From Ruditapes philippinarum (taxonomy: Eukaryota): a stretch of 64,000 nt of DNA. Every line of letters starts with the position of its first letter. Position 1 is the stretch's first letter. A program made the translations under genes and the position numbers. The notes beneath the pieces are model-generated. The model had not been told where the DNA came from, searched no databases, and was given only the letters and a program-made list of their open reading frames with translations. Shown here piece by piece: positions 37,630 to 50,745 of this stretch. The DNA lies in assembly GCF_026571515.1 (NCBI RefSeq), contig NW_026859131.1, positions 62,001 to 126,000 of the forward strand, read 5' to 3'.

Positions 37630-38580
37630 CACACTAAGTCGTGGCCACGAGATACTATGTCGTGGCTACGAGTTACTAAGTCGTGGCCACGAAATAGCTA
37701 AGTCGTGGCCACGAGATATTATGTCTTGGTCACGAGATAGCTAAGTCGTGGTCACGAGATACTATGTCGTGGCCACGAGATAATTAACCAATCAAAATAC
37801 ACTATATATATTATGATTTTTTTTAAACTTAACAACTTACTTTTACTAGCAACATTAATCTTTGAAAATACTGAAGATATTCACTTTGATCTTGTCTTTA
37901 GGATCATATTTGAAAGTCACCTTTCAAGGCCCATCAGACATTAATTATGACTATAGCTCTTTGTTAGGACAATTTTGTGATCGAATTGGTCAGTTCTTAT
38001 GTACTACGGCCTGTAAACCTTGTTTATTTGGAAGGGACATTGCCCATGGACAGTAGATAGCCTATAAGATAAAATCCTTGTCTGATGAATAATTTAGAAG
38101 GGATAAGCCATGGTTTATATAACCCAGAAAGATCATTGCACCTGATCAGTAGATGACATCTAATAATTTCGAGGTCATTGGGTCACAATTCAGGGTCACA
38201 GTGACGCAAAATGTAAAATTATTGACCAAGCAATAAGTTGTATAAATGGCACTTTTAGAGGCTGGTGAAGTAGGGGCATCCTTGTACTATTGCACATGTC
38301 TTGTTAATTAGGGAAATTCATATAAATGGTGTAATCTGATTGGTTATTTATCTCGTGGCCACGACTAAACTATCTCGTGACCACGAGTTAGTAACTCGTG
38401 GCCACGACATAGTATCTCGTGGCCACTACTTAGATATCTCGTGGCCACGACTTAGTAACTCGTGGCCACGACAAAGTATCTCGTGGCCACGACTTAGCTA
38501 TCTTGTGGCCACCACATTGTTACTCGTGGCCACGACTTAGCTATCTCGTGGCCACGACTTAGCTATCTCGTATGTACTTA
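37630..38580. mobile_element. Foldback-like element with arms made of ~21-bp tandem repeats
   Basis: Left array (gtcgtggccacgagatactat)n ~37638..37780; right array in reverse orientation ~38349..38572; the inner flanks aaccaatcaaaatacact / ggtgtaatctgattggtt are also inverted; the centre holds a fragment of the ggtcaaggtca-type repeat. Confidence 0.75.
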
Positions 38581-39492
38581 GTAAATTAGTGATGAAGCTC
38601 ACTGTTGAAAGTTTTCAGTACATTTTATTTAACAGCAACATGATTTCTCTCCCTGGGGAACAATTACAGTATCGATCGTACAGTATAATACAAGAAACAA
38701 CCGTGGACCTCAGCATTGTAGTGACGCTCCAGTAAGTCCACTACATCAAATGATTGCGGTCACTTTACTGTTAAGAGGCACTTAGAACTTGGTTTCTTTG
38801 TACATGTGATTATAATGTGCTATCCATTATCTTAAACAAATACTAAATCAAGTAAATAAGAAAAGAAGAACATTTTTATAATACAATGCTGCATTTATAT
38901 GGTGCCAAATACCATAACTCGAGAAAATAACAAGAATCGAATGAAACTATAAATCACTCGCTCATTTTAACGTTTAATATATTTTACTCAATGAACTATC
39001 AATCAGACATTGTTCACTGTCATCATGTTGTCACTGCGTGTCTATCCCTTATATATCACTTTCAAAAACATTTCAAATATTGACAATAAAATCAAATGGC
39101 ACTAGAACAAAATGAGGTATTAGGCGCTTAACAATGTTGCATACTGTTCATGTCAGTCTGTATGAAAAACATTATAAAACTTCAGACAATAAACAAGTTT
39201 ATAGTTTACTCCCCAATAATATACTTCAGAACTCTACTATGCCATAAATATTTTTGCATGTGGATACATTTTTGCATAATACGTCACACAAAAATTTAGC
39301 TACCTATGCATAAAATTCAGTATTGTCTGACAGCAATGTTTGGCTTTCATCCTTGAATATGGGAGTGTATATTTTTGAATGATCACTTCTTTAAACACAG
39401 TTTAAATGTAAATACTTTATATATAACATATTAAAAATAATAATGTTTTAACTAATATATTTGACCACCGAATTTGAACTTAAACCCGATTG

Positions 39493-39857
39493 CTAGAAAT
39501 TAAAGTCTGCTGAGTTCGGTGTTTCGCTGAAAGAATTCCTTGTCACCGGACTTGGCGTCCATGCTGAGTTACATCGTATTGACGTCGGCGTCTCTGTAAG
39601 TTGTATATATGACGTTGCCTCTGACGTTGTGATACTTTCACTTGATGTTCCATTTTGCATAGATTTACCACTAAAACCTTTACGTCTGATGTTCAACTTT
39701 TGTTTAAAGTCCGCTACTCTAGCCTCAACAGAACGTAAATATTCCTTATAGATAAGTGCAACGACACCAATAAGGAATGCCACACCTAGAATCCCACTTA
39801 AAAACGTCAGTACGTAATTTATCGCTCCAAACTCGATCGGTTTAACGATCTCAATTG
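39493..39857 (-). CDS. Gene C: terminal exon (TM + Ser/Thr-rich tail) of a third single-pass membrane protein; upstream exons not found
   Basis: Acceptor ttttttatttcag, phase 1, then IEIVKPIEFGAINYVLTFLSGILGVAFLIGVVALIYKEY...SADFNF*; N gap begins 43 bp upstream. Confidence 0.7.
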
Positions 39858-39900
39858 CTGAAATAAAAAATGGAATAAATAGACTTATTATTTTTACAAA

Positions 39901-40062
39901 NNNNNNNNNNNNNNNNNNNNNNNNNNNNNNNNNNNNNNNNNNNNNNNNNNNNNNNNNNNNNNNNNNNNNNNNNNNNNNNNNNNNNNNNNNNNNNNNNNNN
40001 NNNNNNNNNNNNNNNNNNNNNNNNNNNNNNNNNNNNNNNNNNNNNNNNNNNNNNNNNNNNNN
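39901..40062. other. Assembly gap (162 N)
   Basis: Run of n. Confidence 1.
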
Positions 40063-40689
40063 CCGATATCAATTCAACATGTGTATGAAAAATATTTATT
40101 CAAGCCATAGGCTCTCTCTATTAAAATGGAAATTTAATTTAGACATTTAAGAAATAATAAGTTAGTAATGTTGACTATTTTTAAGAAGATATTGATAAAT
40201 TGACTATCATGAAAAAAAGTAATTGTATCATAGTTTGAGGACCTTTCTGTTGAAAATATGTCAAAGTTAAATCGTATACATATACGTGCACAGTGCGTTA
40301 ACTGGAGTGCATGTATTAGTTACCCTCCAGAGCATGCCGATTGATTGGCTCATTTTTGCTGGGGTTAACTTATTGTGGCGGAAGATAAAGGGAAAGCGAC
40401 AGAAATATCATATTCAGATGCTCGTTCATTGGTTTCTTTTTCCGGGGTTTCATATTGTGACAACAGGAAACCTGTTTATATGTTTGACTATGATACAAAA
40501 GAGAAAGAACATCAAAACACTCGGCAATCTGATTAATACTCGGGGGCTACGCCCCCCTCGTACAAATCAGATAGCCTTGTGTTTCGATGCTCTTTCTATT
40601 ACTTATTTTAAAAGGATAAATAAAATTAACCATCTTTTTTACTGCTTTTATGAAGAGAAAAAAATATTGATAGTTTCAATTCGCTTATA

Positions 40690-41172
40690 CATGGTGGCTG
40701 ATATGTGCCATTCGTGTTTTCGCCCCGCGACCCCGCCAAGTAAAAAGTCGAGAATTAACAAGTTAAAACGGCGGGATCGCGGGACGAAAACACGCTCATT
40801 ATAGCGTCCCGCTAATAAGCGTGTTTTCGCTTCGCGCCCTTAACTTGTTAATTAACGACTTTTCGCTTGGCGGGGTTGCGGGACGAAAACACGCTAATTA
40901 GCGGGGGCGCACGGCGAAGGTTTATTCTATTAAAATTCGCCTCGCGCCCGCGCAAATCAGCATATATTCGTCCAGCAACCCCGCCTTTTATTTCTTAAAT
41001 CTCGCTCCGCGTCCCCGCAGGACGAAGTTTTATTTATCTAACTTTGCCCCGCGCCCTCGCTTATTAGCGTGTTTTCGCTCCGCGTCCCCGCCATTTTAAC
41101 TTGTAAATTCTCAATTTTTCGTTTGGCGTGGTCGCGGGGCGAAAACACGAATGGCACAAATCAGCCACCATA
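40690..41172. mobile_element. GC-rich MITE, longer copy of the 13371..13664 family
   Basis: atggtggctgatatgtgccattcgtgttttcgccccgcgacc ... ggtcgcggggcgaaaacacgaatggcacaaatcagccaccata. Confidence 0.9.
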
Positions 41173-42176
41173 TTTATACCACGTTTAACCGATCAAATGA
41201 ACAGCAAATTTGTTAATAACGATTATAACATGTGATTGTAATCAAATCGACCGTAAAGCTTTCATTTGTAGAGAGCGTTTAACTTAATCTTGTTTTTAAT
41301 TAAATTCAAGCGTTTATCAAACAAAACATAATATAAAGTTCCTTAACACAAGAAGTAACTTCGTTGCTTCTAATAAAAGGTTTTTATTTATCAAATGTTT
41401 AACCCACTTTTAAAGAAAATTTGACTTCTTTTGAATATATTTTAATACATTGATTAGTGTAAATAAGTTGTGACACCATCTGTTTTTAACTCTTCAACAG
41501 TGTATAAGATTAATAAAGATATATACATGTATATAGAGAGAACATACTTGAATCAGTCGTTGTTGTCATTCCGGTAAAAGCATATTTATCACATGAAGCT
41601 GTTCAAAAATTCCTCAATATTATTCCGTTGGTGCCACTTAGTCTACCACATTTAAAAACCATAGTGTAATGAGAAATCAAGTATTCTAGTTCCTACTCTA
41701 ATTATTTAATGTCGCATATATGAAGCTAAGAATAATATTATCCTAACAGATGGTAACATGATGATAAATAACTATCCGCCAGATTCTGTTACTACGATAC
41801 GTTCAATCACCACTACTGATATCTAAATTTAATCAATTAAGCACAAATAGAACCGTCCTGGCGCTTCGTTAATTTCTCATTTAAAATTGACAGCACAACG
41901 TTTTATCGACGAAAACACTTTCAATGGAGTTTGTACACCTCTTCAAAAGATATTTGCTCGAGCATTCGATCCGCAAAATGTTGGTGTATTTGTCAACATT
42001 GATGACAAATATTGTCATATAAACTACACCAAGAAGAATAAAGGTCCTTTCATGATTATAATAAAGTAGATAAGAAAGAGCAGCCTACTTCAGTTGAAGT
42101 GATGTGTGACATTTCAATACGATTTATAATTAGTTATTCCCTGAAATATTCATAAAAATGTCCCTGTATGTATACA

Positions 42177-43382
42177 GTGTTATTTGTTTAAACTACGTAA
42201 TTGTGTTAATATGCCCGTTATGTATACGTCATATCCTTTTATATACTTTCATAATGCCAAAAAAATCAAAAGCGATCCTGTTTAATGAATATATATCATC
42301 ATGAAAAGAAAATATTTAAAGAAATATCAAAATTTGATAAAACATCAAGAAGTCGTGTTTTTTCCGAAACTTTACAGACAATTCAAGAAGTATAAAGTCA
42401 AACACAAATTTATCATTAGATTTGTGTAAAATTTACTGAATAATATCGTTTTAGATTTAGAAAATAAGTCAATCCTTAAATTCGAGAAAAGACAACTATT
42501 ATAATGAACTATTATAATAGCAAATTGATGTTACAGAAAAAAAAATGCTTATAAATTTTAATTATTAAATTTGCGGATTGATTGTAATTTCCGGTTTTCA
42601 TGATGTCTCGCATTTTGTATTGATTGCATCAATTATTATGATAATACAAACAATTCTGCGTATCTTATACAAATTACAGTACATGACCGATCAGAAAAAA
42701 TATCGTTCGATATAGAATTAGATTTTATACTTTTACCAAGACTTTCAGCTATCTTATTGATTTATTATTAATATTGATATTTCCTTGATTAATAAGCATC
42801 AACAAACTTCTTTTTATGAGATAATTTTCTGGATGACATTAGACACAGATGAATCATATCAATTCAATTACAATTATATTGATGTAACATGGACAAGACA
42901 ATCAATATCATCAGTCGATAGTGGTGACACGTGTATTGATAAAATCTAATGAAAATAATATGCTGCTTTTGGTTACTTTGAAATTAAACAAGATGGCCAT
43001 AATGACCCTAAAATCGCTCACCTGATTATATTTGCTTTTAATGGCAAGGACCAAGTATTATCGTATTATAACTATAAACGAAAAACAGATACATACATAC
43101 ATGCAAAGTCTCAATCTTGAACTAGTCTCACAAAGTTCATATTTGCATATGAAATAATGCACATTTAAACACGTGTTATTTTTTTAAACTACGTAATTGT
43201 GTAATATTCCCGTAATGTTTACGTCATATCCTTTTAATACTTTCATAGTGGCAAAACAATCAAAGCGATCTTGTTTTCAAAAATAATCAATGAACATATA
43301 TCATCACAAAAAGAAAATATTTGAAGAAATATCAAAATTTAATAAAGCATAAAAACGTATTTTTCCGAAACTTTACAGACAA
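42177..43382. repeat. Local direct duplication of ~205 bp (42177..42382 and 43172..43382)
   Basis: Shared tttaaactacgtaattgtg...tacgtcatatcctttta...aagaaatatcaaaattt...tttttccgaaactttacagacaa. Confidence 0.85.
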
Positions 43383-44456
43383 GAATTATGAAATACTGCT
43401 ATTACTAAGTAACTACTTTAGTTACTAAAGAAGTCAGTGGTTGCTACTAAAAATCAAAGCACAGAAGGCGCTGTTTCAGAATGTCAGAAAAGTGAAGGTT
43501 GTGAGATTATAAACCAATTTGTTTTTGTATAGTGCCAGGAATGCTGTTTCCAGTGTTATAAATGTAGTAAATTGGCTATAAGGCTAATTGCAACACTGAT
43601 ATTTAATTCAATGTTTATTTGGCTGAAACAATTTTTAAAAAATGAAAATGAAAAATAAAAAGTACATGAGTTGCCTGGGTTTTGAACTCCAGACATCTCG
43701 CTTCCTAAACGAGCGTGTAACCCCTCGACCACGGGGAAATGATAAGATAACATATTGAAGAAAACCACATTATTCTAAATTGTATGTATGTATTCTAGGC
43801 CTAATGAGGGTCCATCCGCCCTGAAAACACAATATTAGAAATCGAGAACTATTTTTTCTTCCCCGAAAAGGCTAGAAAATTAATGCGCCTGCCATTTGAC
43901 AATCTTTAAGCAGTGATCTCCCCTTAATTTTTCGGCGTAAGTGTACTTATTAAGGGAAGTAACCGCTTCAAGGAGTTCGGACTACTTTCTGTCTATCTCC
44001 CTCCTTGGTTAAAAAAGAAAAGTGTATCAATAAATATTAGACGTAATTTTATCTTCCATTTGCTTACAAAATAATCACGGATATATCATTATTTTTGTAT
44101 ATAAAAATCAATAGTACCGTCTATAGTTGTATTGTTTTCCCCTGTGCGGAACAACGATTATGAAAAGGCTCAGTTAACATTGAGGGAAATGGTATATTAC
44201 TTCTGATTTCGTATATTTCATTGTATTTGTACACATAAAGGAATTTAAACTAGTTGGTAAGTTTGTACCAGTATTTGAACTATTTTCATTGATATCAATG
44301 TTATATTGTTTATATACATACACTGTATTAAGTATTATTTAATGATTCCGAAGTAATATGTCATAAGTTAAACATTTTCATTTAAATCTTATAAACAACA
44401 TATGATTTAAAACTAGGTAACAGTTATTTGTTTAGGTTTAAACAATTTTATTCTAG

Positions 44457-47400
44457 AAGTTTCAGACTTCAGATCAATGGGAAAGAAAAAATTGATAGAC
44501 TTGGTAACCATTAGTGTTGAGGACAAACTCGACTCAAATGGTGCGCTTCGAAATGTCGCTGTTAAAGATGCATGGCAGAGACTTAGACAAAACATCGACG
44601 TGGTAACTTCATATATCATATATTTATATGGCGTGCATGTAAATTAATTATTTGTATTAATTTGTAATTTCAAATAATCAAGTTGGTGATTGCTTTCATT
44701 TCTATAAAGGTGGAATTATTCTGCTTGTGAAAATATGGAAACAGTCTTTTTTCAAATTAATAAACAGCGTTCCACCATTAATAACCACACTGATTAAATT
44801 CAGTGATGATGATTTGCCGATTTAAACTAATTGAATGGACTCATAAATACACGGTGATAACAAATGTAGGTTACAATTATCTGTAACAGATCTACAAAAT
44901 GATTTTTTTCCGCATTTATAGAGAGAATGGAAAGATGCGGAAAACGTTTTAAAGGAGTTATCTGACAATCTACAAAAGATCAATATGTTAAAGTCAATGA
45001 CAGGTACATTCAGTAAACTTAAATCAGCGGTAAGTTTGACGTTCGACACATTATATATTTCCGCAGTCGTTTTAATTTACCTAAAGAAAGTAACATTTGA
45101 TATCTCTTATAGTATAACAAACGTTTGAATTTATTCTCACATCTCAATTTTCTGAAACGAAATAAAAATACGTTTACCAAATGAGAACTCAGTAATAACT
45201 AATCATCTCACTTTCAGATTAAGACACCAGATGAAATGGTAGAGGAAAATGACTTCCACAGTGCAAAAGATACTCCAAGAGACGACAAACGAGAATCGTT
45301 GCAGATAGCAAAGTCAGAACTTCATTCTTCTTGAGTTTTTTTTTAAACCTTTGCCACTGACCTTTGCATTCCTCCCAAAGAAATATACAACTGTAGCTAG
45401 TGTAGTTTCATGGAAACATGCAAAGAAACACATTTATGTTGGCATATTGATCTTTTGTAGACAAGTCGTTCAAAATATTATCTTCATTTTTCCATTACTA
45501 GAATGTTTTAGTTATTAAGTCAACTTAATTAATGGATAAGTAAGTTTGCAAACCCCGGATACATTGAGTTTGAAATCCTTATAAATTTTATCAGTGATAT
45601 TTCGCCTTCCACTGTGATATTTCGCTTTTCACTGTACTTTGGTTTTTTTAAATTTCTGGACTGAGAACAGGCCAGTACTTGAAATACAAATCGTCACATT
45701 TGAAGAACTGACTAAGGGCGCTATAAGACTGGAAATACCATAGGTAATAAACCCAATACTAGTAGATAGTAGAACAATGTTGATATAAAAATATCAAAAT
45801 ATTTTAGTATCCTGTAATAATAATACGAACAAAAATATGTGGGAAGTTTACATAATTTATTGTTATCGTAATGAAGTTGTATCAAACCGAAATCAGTAAT
45901 TAAACTCTTTTTTTCAGCGACCTTAAAAATGCAAGAGAAGATAGTGATGGCCTATGTGCATGTTTAAAGATAGTAAAAGACGCGCTAGAGAAAGACAATG
46001 ATGTTCCTGGAAAAATTAATGTCCCTTCGGGTGCAAATGAAAACATAAAAGATAGCTACAGATCACTCATTTTCATTTGTGAGAAATGCAAAAAGACTTT
46101 AAGGTATCAACAACGAACTTCCTAAATGTAACTATGTACATGTTAAACACCTACTTTTTAAGAAACGTACTTTACTAGCTAGTTTTTAGCCTAAGATTTT
46201 AAGTAATGACACTTTGTGTCTACGTAATGACATTATTGATGCAAATAGAATGAGGAAAACCTTATTAGTTACCAAAGGTTATAATAATCCATCTTTGATT
46301 TGAATTTATCTATGTTACACATTGTGACATCTTTTTCAGAGAAAACGAGCAGTTGAAGAAACGAATCGAGTCCATAGAAACACGTCATAAAGAAATGGAA
46401 AAGAAAATAGACGAAAAAGAAAAAGAAATAAATCAGTAAATTCCATTATAATTGTACTTCCAAAATCAATTCCTACATTTTAAGTTAACAATTTCAATGT
46501 TTCAAACATTATTTTTTTCGGCCAAATGCCTTCATGTAAATTTTTCAGAACTGAATATAAGAAAAAATTTACATTGATCATTTTTGAAATTACAAAATGA
46601 AATCTCGAAATCTCAAAATCTCATTGGCCATTCTAAAATACTACCGTTCTTGCCATTTAAAAAAAATTAAGGATAGTTCTAAAATAAAATGAACAGGATA
46701 GTTCTTTAACTGTCTAGTTACATTGCTAAGATATATAAGTTCTGTTTAAAATACATCCTCCCACAAAACCTTTTATCAAATATGCATTTAATTTTTACTT
46801 TCGCAGTAGTTTTCGAGTATGCAGGAGAGAGTTAATGTTAAAGAAAATTACAGTGACGAAGCGATATTCATCATGTTGTATTGAACTTATAGTAAGGTTT
46901 TTTAGATAGTCATAAACCAGTTTGCATACTCTTTGAGTTGACATAAAATTTGCTTTTTTATTATTTTTTTTTATTTTATTTCGTTTTTCATTCAATTTGC
47001 TAACGATAAAGTTGCCTCGCTTTTCTATATGACAACAGAATGACACAAACTGTAGACCTTCTAGAGAAAAAGCACAGTAGCATCAAGGAAAGTAAACAGG
47101 ACAATATGAAAGAACAGCTGAAAGTAAAAAGTCTGGAACGTCAGGTTTTGCTTAAAGATACAGAAATGTACGAACTTAAACAAGAAAATGAAAACTTAAA
47201 GAAAAGGTATTGATGAAATTCTTTCTTGCAGTTTTATTGATTTGCTCATGCCGTTTTGGAAAGTAAATACATTGAATGTACCTTACTAAGTTAATATTCG
47301 AAAAACGGTTATATTTTGTTTAAGCGCATTGGTATTCGTGAGTCTAAATCTTAATTACTTTTTGTATTTAAGGATAAACGAAATAATGGACGAAAAAGGG

Positions 47401-49299
47401 TCAGAACTGGCAGATTTATATAATCCATTTCCTCCAGAAAAACTAGCTGAACAATTCAAAGATCTATTCAACACAGCATACAAAGAATCTTTTGAGTTTT
47501 ACAAAACAAAACTGAAGAAAACCGAGAAGGATGCCGCTGGAAGACTTCTCCAAATTCTTTACGTAATATATTACCCTATTAAAAATTGAAAGGACATTTT
47601 AATGAATACATTTGTACATGTATTTCTGTATCCATCTACTACTTGAAACTGCTTAATGATATTGATGTCAAGCAAACACAACTAAGGAACTGAAATAATC
47701 TTAAAGAAGGGTGATAAGAATTCAGTACAGATAGGAAGGTAGAATCGAGAAATGCTTTTAGATTTGCTGATCTCAATGTTGAAGGAATTCTTACCATCAG
47801 ATTAAAAGAATATATATATACAAATGTATATATGAGCCGTGTCACGACAAAACCAACATAATGGGTTTGCGACCAGCATGGATCCAGACCAGCCTGCGCA
47901 TCCGCGCAGTCTGATCAGGATCCATGCTGTTCGCTATCAGTTTCTCTACTTACTATAGGGTTTGTAAGCGAACAGCATGGATCCTGATCAGACTGCGCGG
48001 ATGCGCAGGCTGGTCTGGATCCATGCTGGTCGCAAACGCACTATGTTGGTTTTGTCATGACACGGCTCATATATAGTTTTAAATGATGTGGAAATATCTG
48101 GCATTCGAGATAATTTCAATAGACTTTTCTTTTACAGGACGCTTGTTTATTTTGCACGGAATTCAGTGTCAATCAAATGCAGAAAGTAATGAGTGAATTT
48201 ATTTATCCTGGCGACACTCCTGAAGCAATGCATGTAAGCTATTTCAAATTATTGATTAATTAACATCAATTTTACTCCTACAATGTAATGTTTGCTTTTG
48301 TAAACCTTTTAGAAGATTCTTGCATTCTTATACAAAACATGTATTTACGGAGAATTGTTCTTTTAGGATTTGTCGAAAGTGGAAGAGTCAGATGTAAAAC
48401 AGATGCATAATTTACGTAAACAGACATGCCGATTGTCATGTGAATTTGTGAAAAATGTAAGTGTGTACATGTACATGTTGTTGATGACGTTCGGCATTTT
48501 CTGTTAAATGTAGCCAGTAGCGTTTAATAACCCTGCAAATTGAAGACATTTCTAAGGAGATTCTATCATTTATTTCCAAAAATAAAATGTTTTAATCAAC
48601 TCGTAAAGAACATACAAATTTAATTGACAACTGTTAATTTTATATCAGCTGCTAAGACAGTAGATAAGGGGCGTCTGTGACTAGGTGGTCAAGGTTGTTC
48701 ACTCCAAACCACTTGCCTCTTACCGCTGTAGGTTCGAGCCCCGCTAACATATTCGGATTCTTTCATGTGAGAAAGCTATCCAGCTAGCTCACGGAGAGTC
48801 GGTGGTTCTATTTAGGTGCTGGTCAATGCCTGAAATAATGTATAAAGGTCTTCCTCAATCAGTAAAGCTGAAAAGTCTCCATATAAACTATACTGTGTTG
48901 CTGCAACGTAAAACCAAAACAAAAAATGACACTAGATTGATAACTTTACCTCAGTAAGAAAGTGATATAATAGTAAAACATGCTTATGAATTTATTGTGT
49001 TTCAGTCATTTGTGACAAAACTGGAATCTGCTAATGGAGAAACATATACGTTCGATGAACTGACAGTCTGTATGCCTTATATAGAGAGTTCTGTAGAGAT
49101 ATGTTGGTTTCTTAATGTTCAAACACCACCTATGCATATAGGCTTCGAGGATAACGCCTTGCAAGACATCGCTGTTGATAAAACCAAATATGAAATAACT
49201 TCCGGAAAAGGAGTTAAAGTTGACATTGTGATGTGGCCACCATTATATAGATCTCAAGACGGGCAACTAATGTCCAAAGGATGTATCAAAACGAAATAA
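44457..49299 (+). CDS. Gene D: coiled-coil protein with a mitochondria-eating protein (Mieap/SPATA18-like) C-terminal domain, 10 coding exons
   Basis: Phase-consistent exons 44457-44602, 44922-45029, 45218-45312, 45918-46103, 46340-46435, 47039-47206, 47373-47562, 48138-48233, 48367-48456, 49006-49299. Motifs ADLYNPFPPEKLAEQFKDLF, YIESSVEICWFLNVQTPPM and VDIVMWPPLY...LMSKG match the Mieap C-terminal pattern. Start codon unresolved. Confidence 0.8.
47831..48071. mobile_element. Complete palindromic MITE (~240 bp) in an intron of gene D
   Basis: tatgagccgtgtca...gatccatgctgttcgct / agcgaacagcatggatc...tgacacggctcata; ~105-bp arms in a TA context. Confidence 0.92.
48668..48925 (+). mobile_element. 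tRNA-derived SINE
   Basis: A-box-like tgactaggtgg, B-box ggttcgagccc, body ggattctttcatgtgagaaagctatccagct, A-rich tail aaaccaaaacaaaa. Confidence 0.75.
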
Positions 49300-49649
49300 C
49301 CTATCACATTCTGTATGTGTGTAGTTAGTTTAAACCTATATCCACAACTTCTACTGCTGCATATTATTAATATGCCTCGACTTTGATAAAATGTGTTATT
49401 GATTTTATTGCTTTAACGTAGATTTATTTTGCCTCTCAAATTTCACGTCATGTCACAAGTATGTAGAGGATTTACTTGATACTTCACAGTGCAGTAAGAC
49501 ATCAGTATCTTTATGAAGAGAATTACTTTATAAAACTACTTTGCCATATATTCAATACCAAGGATGACACAAAAAGAAGGCATAAAGCCGACTTATTTCC
49601 ATTGTGGTCCTTAGAATTTATCATATGACACCAGAAAGTCAAATTAATT

Positions 49650-50440
49650 ACTATTATCAAATATTGCACTCACAAGTTGCTTATATTCTTATATCAATTA
49701 TTGCACATAAGTAATTACATCACAAATTGCATCACACATGTATTATAATCATAGTTATGACAGAAAATGTCTGACAATGAATAGGTACTACTAAAATTAT
49801 ACACTAAACTCACAAAAAATAGCTGAAATAAAAGAACTAGTGCATAAAATTTTCCATGAGAGATTTTTTTTAAATGATCGCGACTTGTTATTGACCTAAG
49901 ATGTGTTGGTAACCTGTTCCATTCCTGACAACCATTATATACAAATGTTATCTTTCCGAACCCCCTTATACTCTGGGAATAGAATAACTGTTACTATCTC
50001 TGAAACGAGTTAAGTAAAAGTGTACCTCCTTTGTAAGTTAAAAGTGCTAATTTAAATAACTAGGTGCACTATTATTGTGTATCTTATGTACATGACCAAG
50101 GATAAGGAACTTCACCCTCGAATTCTCAGGTAACCAACCAACTTCCTCAAACTGACCCCTCCCTATATGCGTGCGGGGACCGAGATTAAGTATAAATCTC
50201 AACATCTTATTCTGTGTGGCCTGAAGTCTAATTTTCAGATTTTGATTCAACTCCAAAAATACCAGGAGGCACACGCATAATCAAAATGACATTGTATTAA
50301 TGATGGAACTAAAAGCTGTTTAGTATAACTGTTAAAAAATGAACTTTTTCTACATAAAAACTTAAGTTTTGCATTGGCCTTCTTAATTACCTGATTAGTT
50401 GATGACATGACCTAAGTCTTGGTTAAGACGCAAGTAAAAT
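49650..50440 (-). mobile_element. 3' fragment of a CR1/L2-group LINE
   Basis: CHFDYAC upstream of LQATQNKMLRFIL...VGWLP...HKIHNNSAPSYL (ORF 50047..50274), then WNRLPTHL; typical ORF2 C-terminus. Boundaries approximate. Confidence 0.7.
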
Positions 50441-50506
50441 GGACTCTGTATTTCCAAGATGTATCGAAAGTTTATTATCAGTAACATATTTCAGTTTATT
50501 TAGTCA

Positions 50507-50745
50507 AGTCCTTAGCTCAATAATGAGATCATCGGATATGTAATCTAGGGGTCGCTAGTTTGATCCTCTGGCGACGTGACAATTGGTCACGGACATATTG
50601 AGTATTATGGAATTTGCCTCGCATTGCTGATTCAAAAATCATGTAGAATTAGTAAGATAGATCGGCAATTACTGGTTTATGTCATAAAACATGATCGACC
50701 GCCTATATATGACCAAAAATGTGTTAAAATTCGGCGTAAAAAAAC
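50507..50745 (+). mobile_element. Degenerate tRNA-derived SINE
   Basis: tagctcaat A-box-like and agtttgatcc B-box-like head; tail gaccaaaaatgtgttaaaattcggcgtaaaa. Confidence 0.4.

Noticed and set aside
37638-38572. CRISPR-like appearance of palindromic 21-bp repeats
   Set aside because: Head-to-tail units without unique spacers, no cas genes, eukaryotic context.
40286-40804. 172-aa ORF
   Set aside because: Starts at GTG and runs through a hairpin repeat into a MITE; no protein-like features.
41887-42069. Possible exon or ORF (DENTFNGVCTPLQK...)
   Set aside because: Could not be joined in phase to gene C or D and has no recognisable motif.
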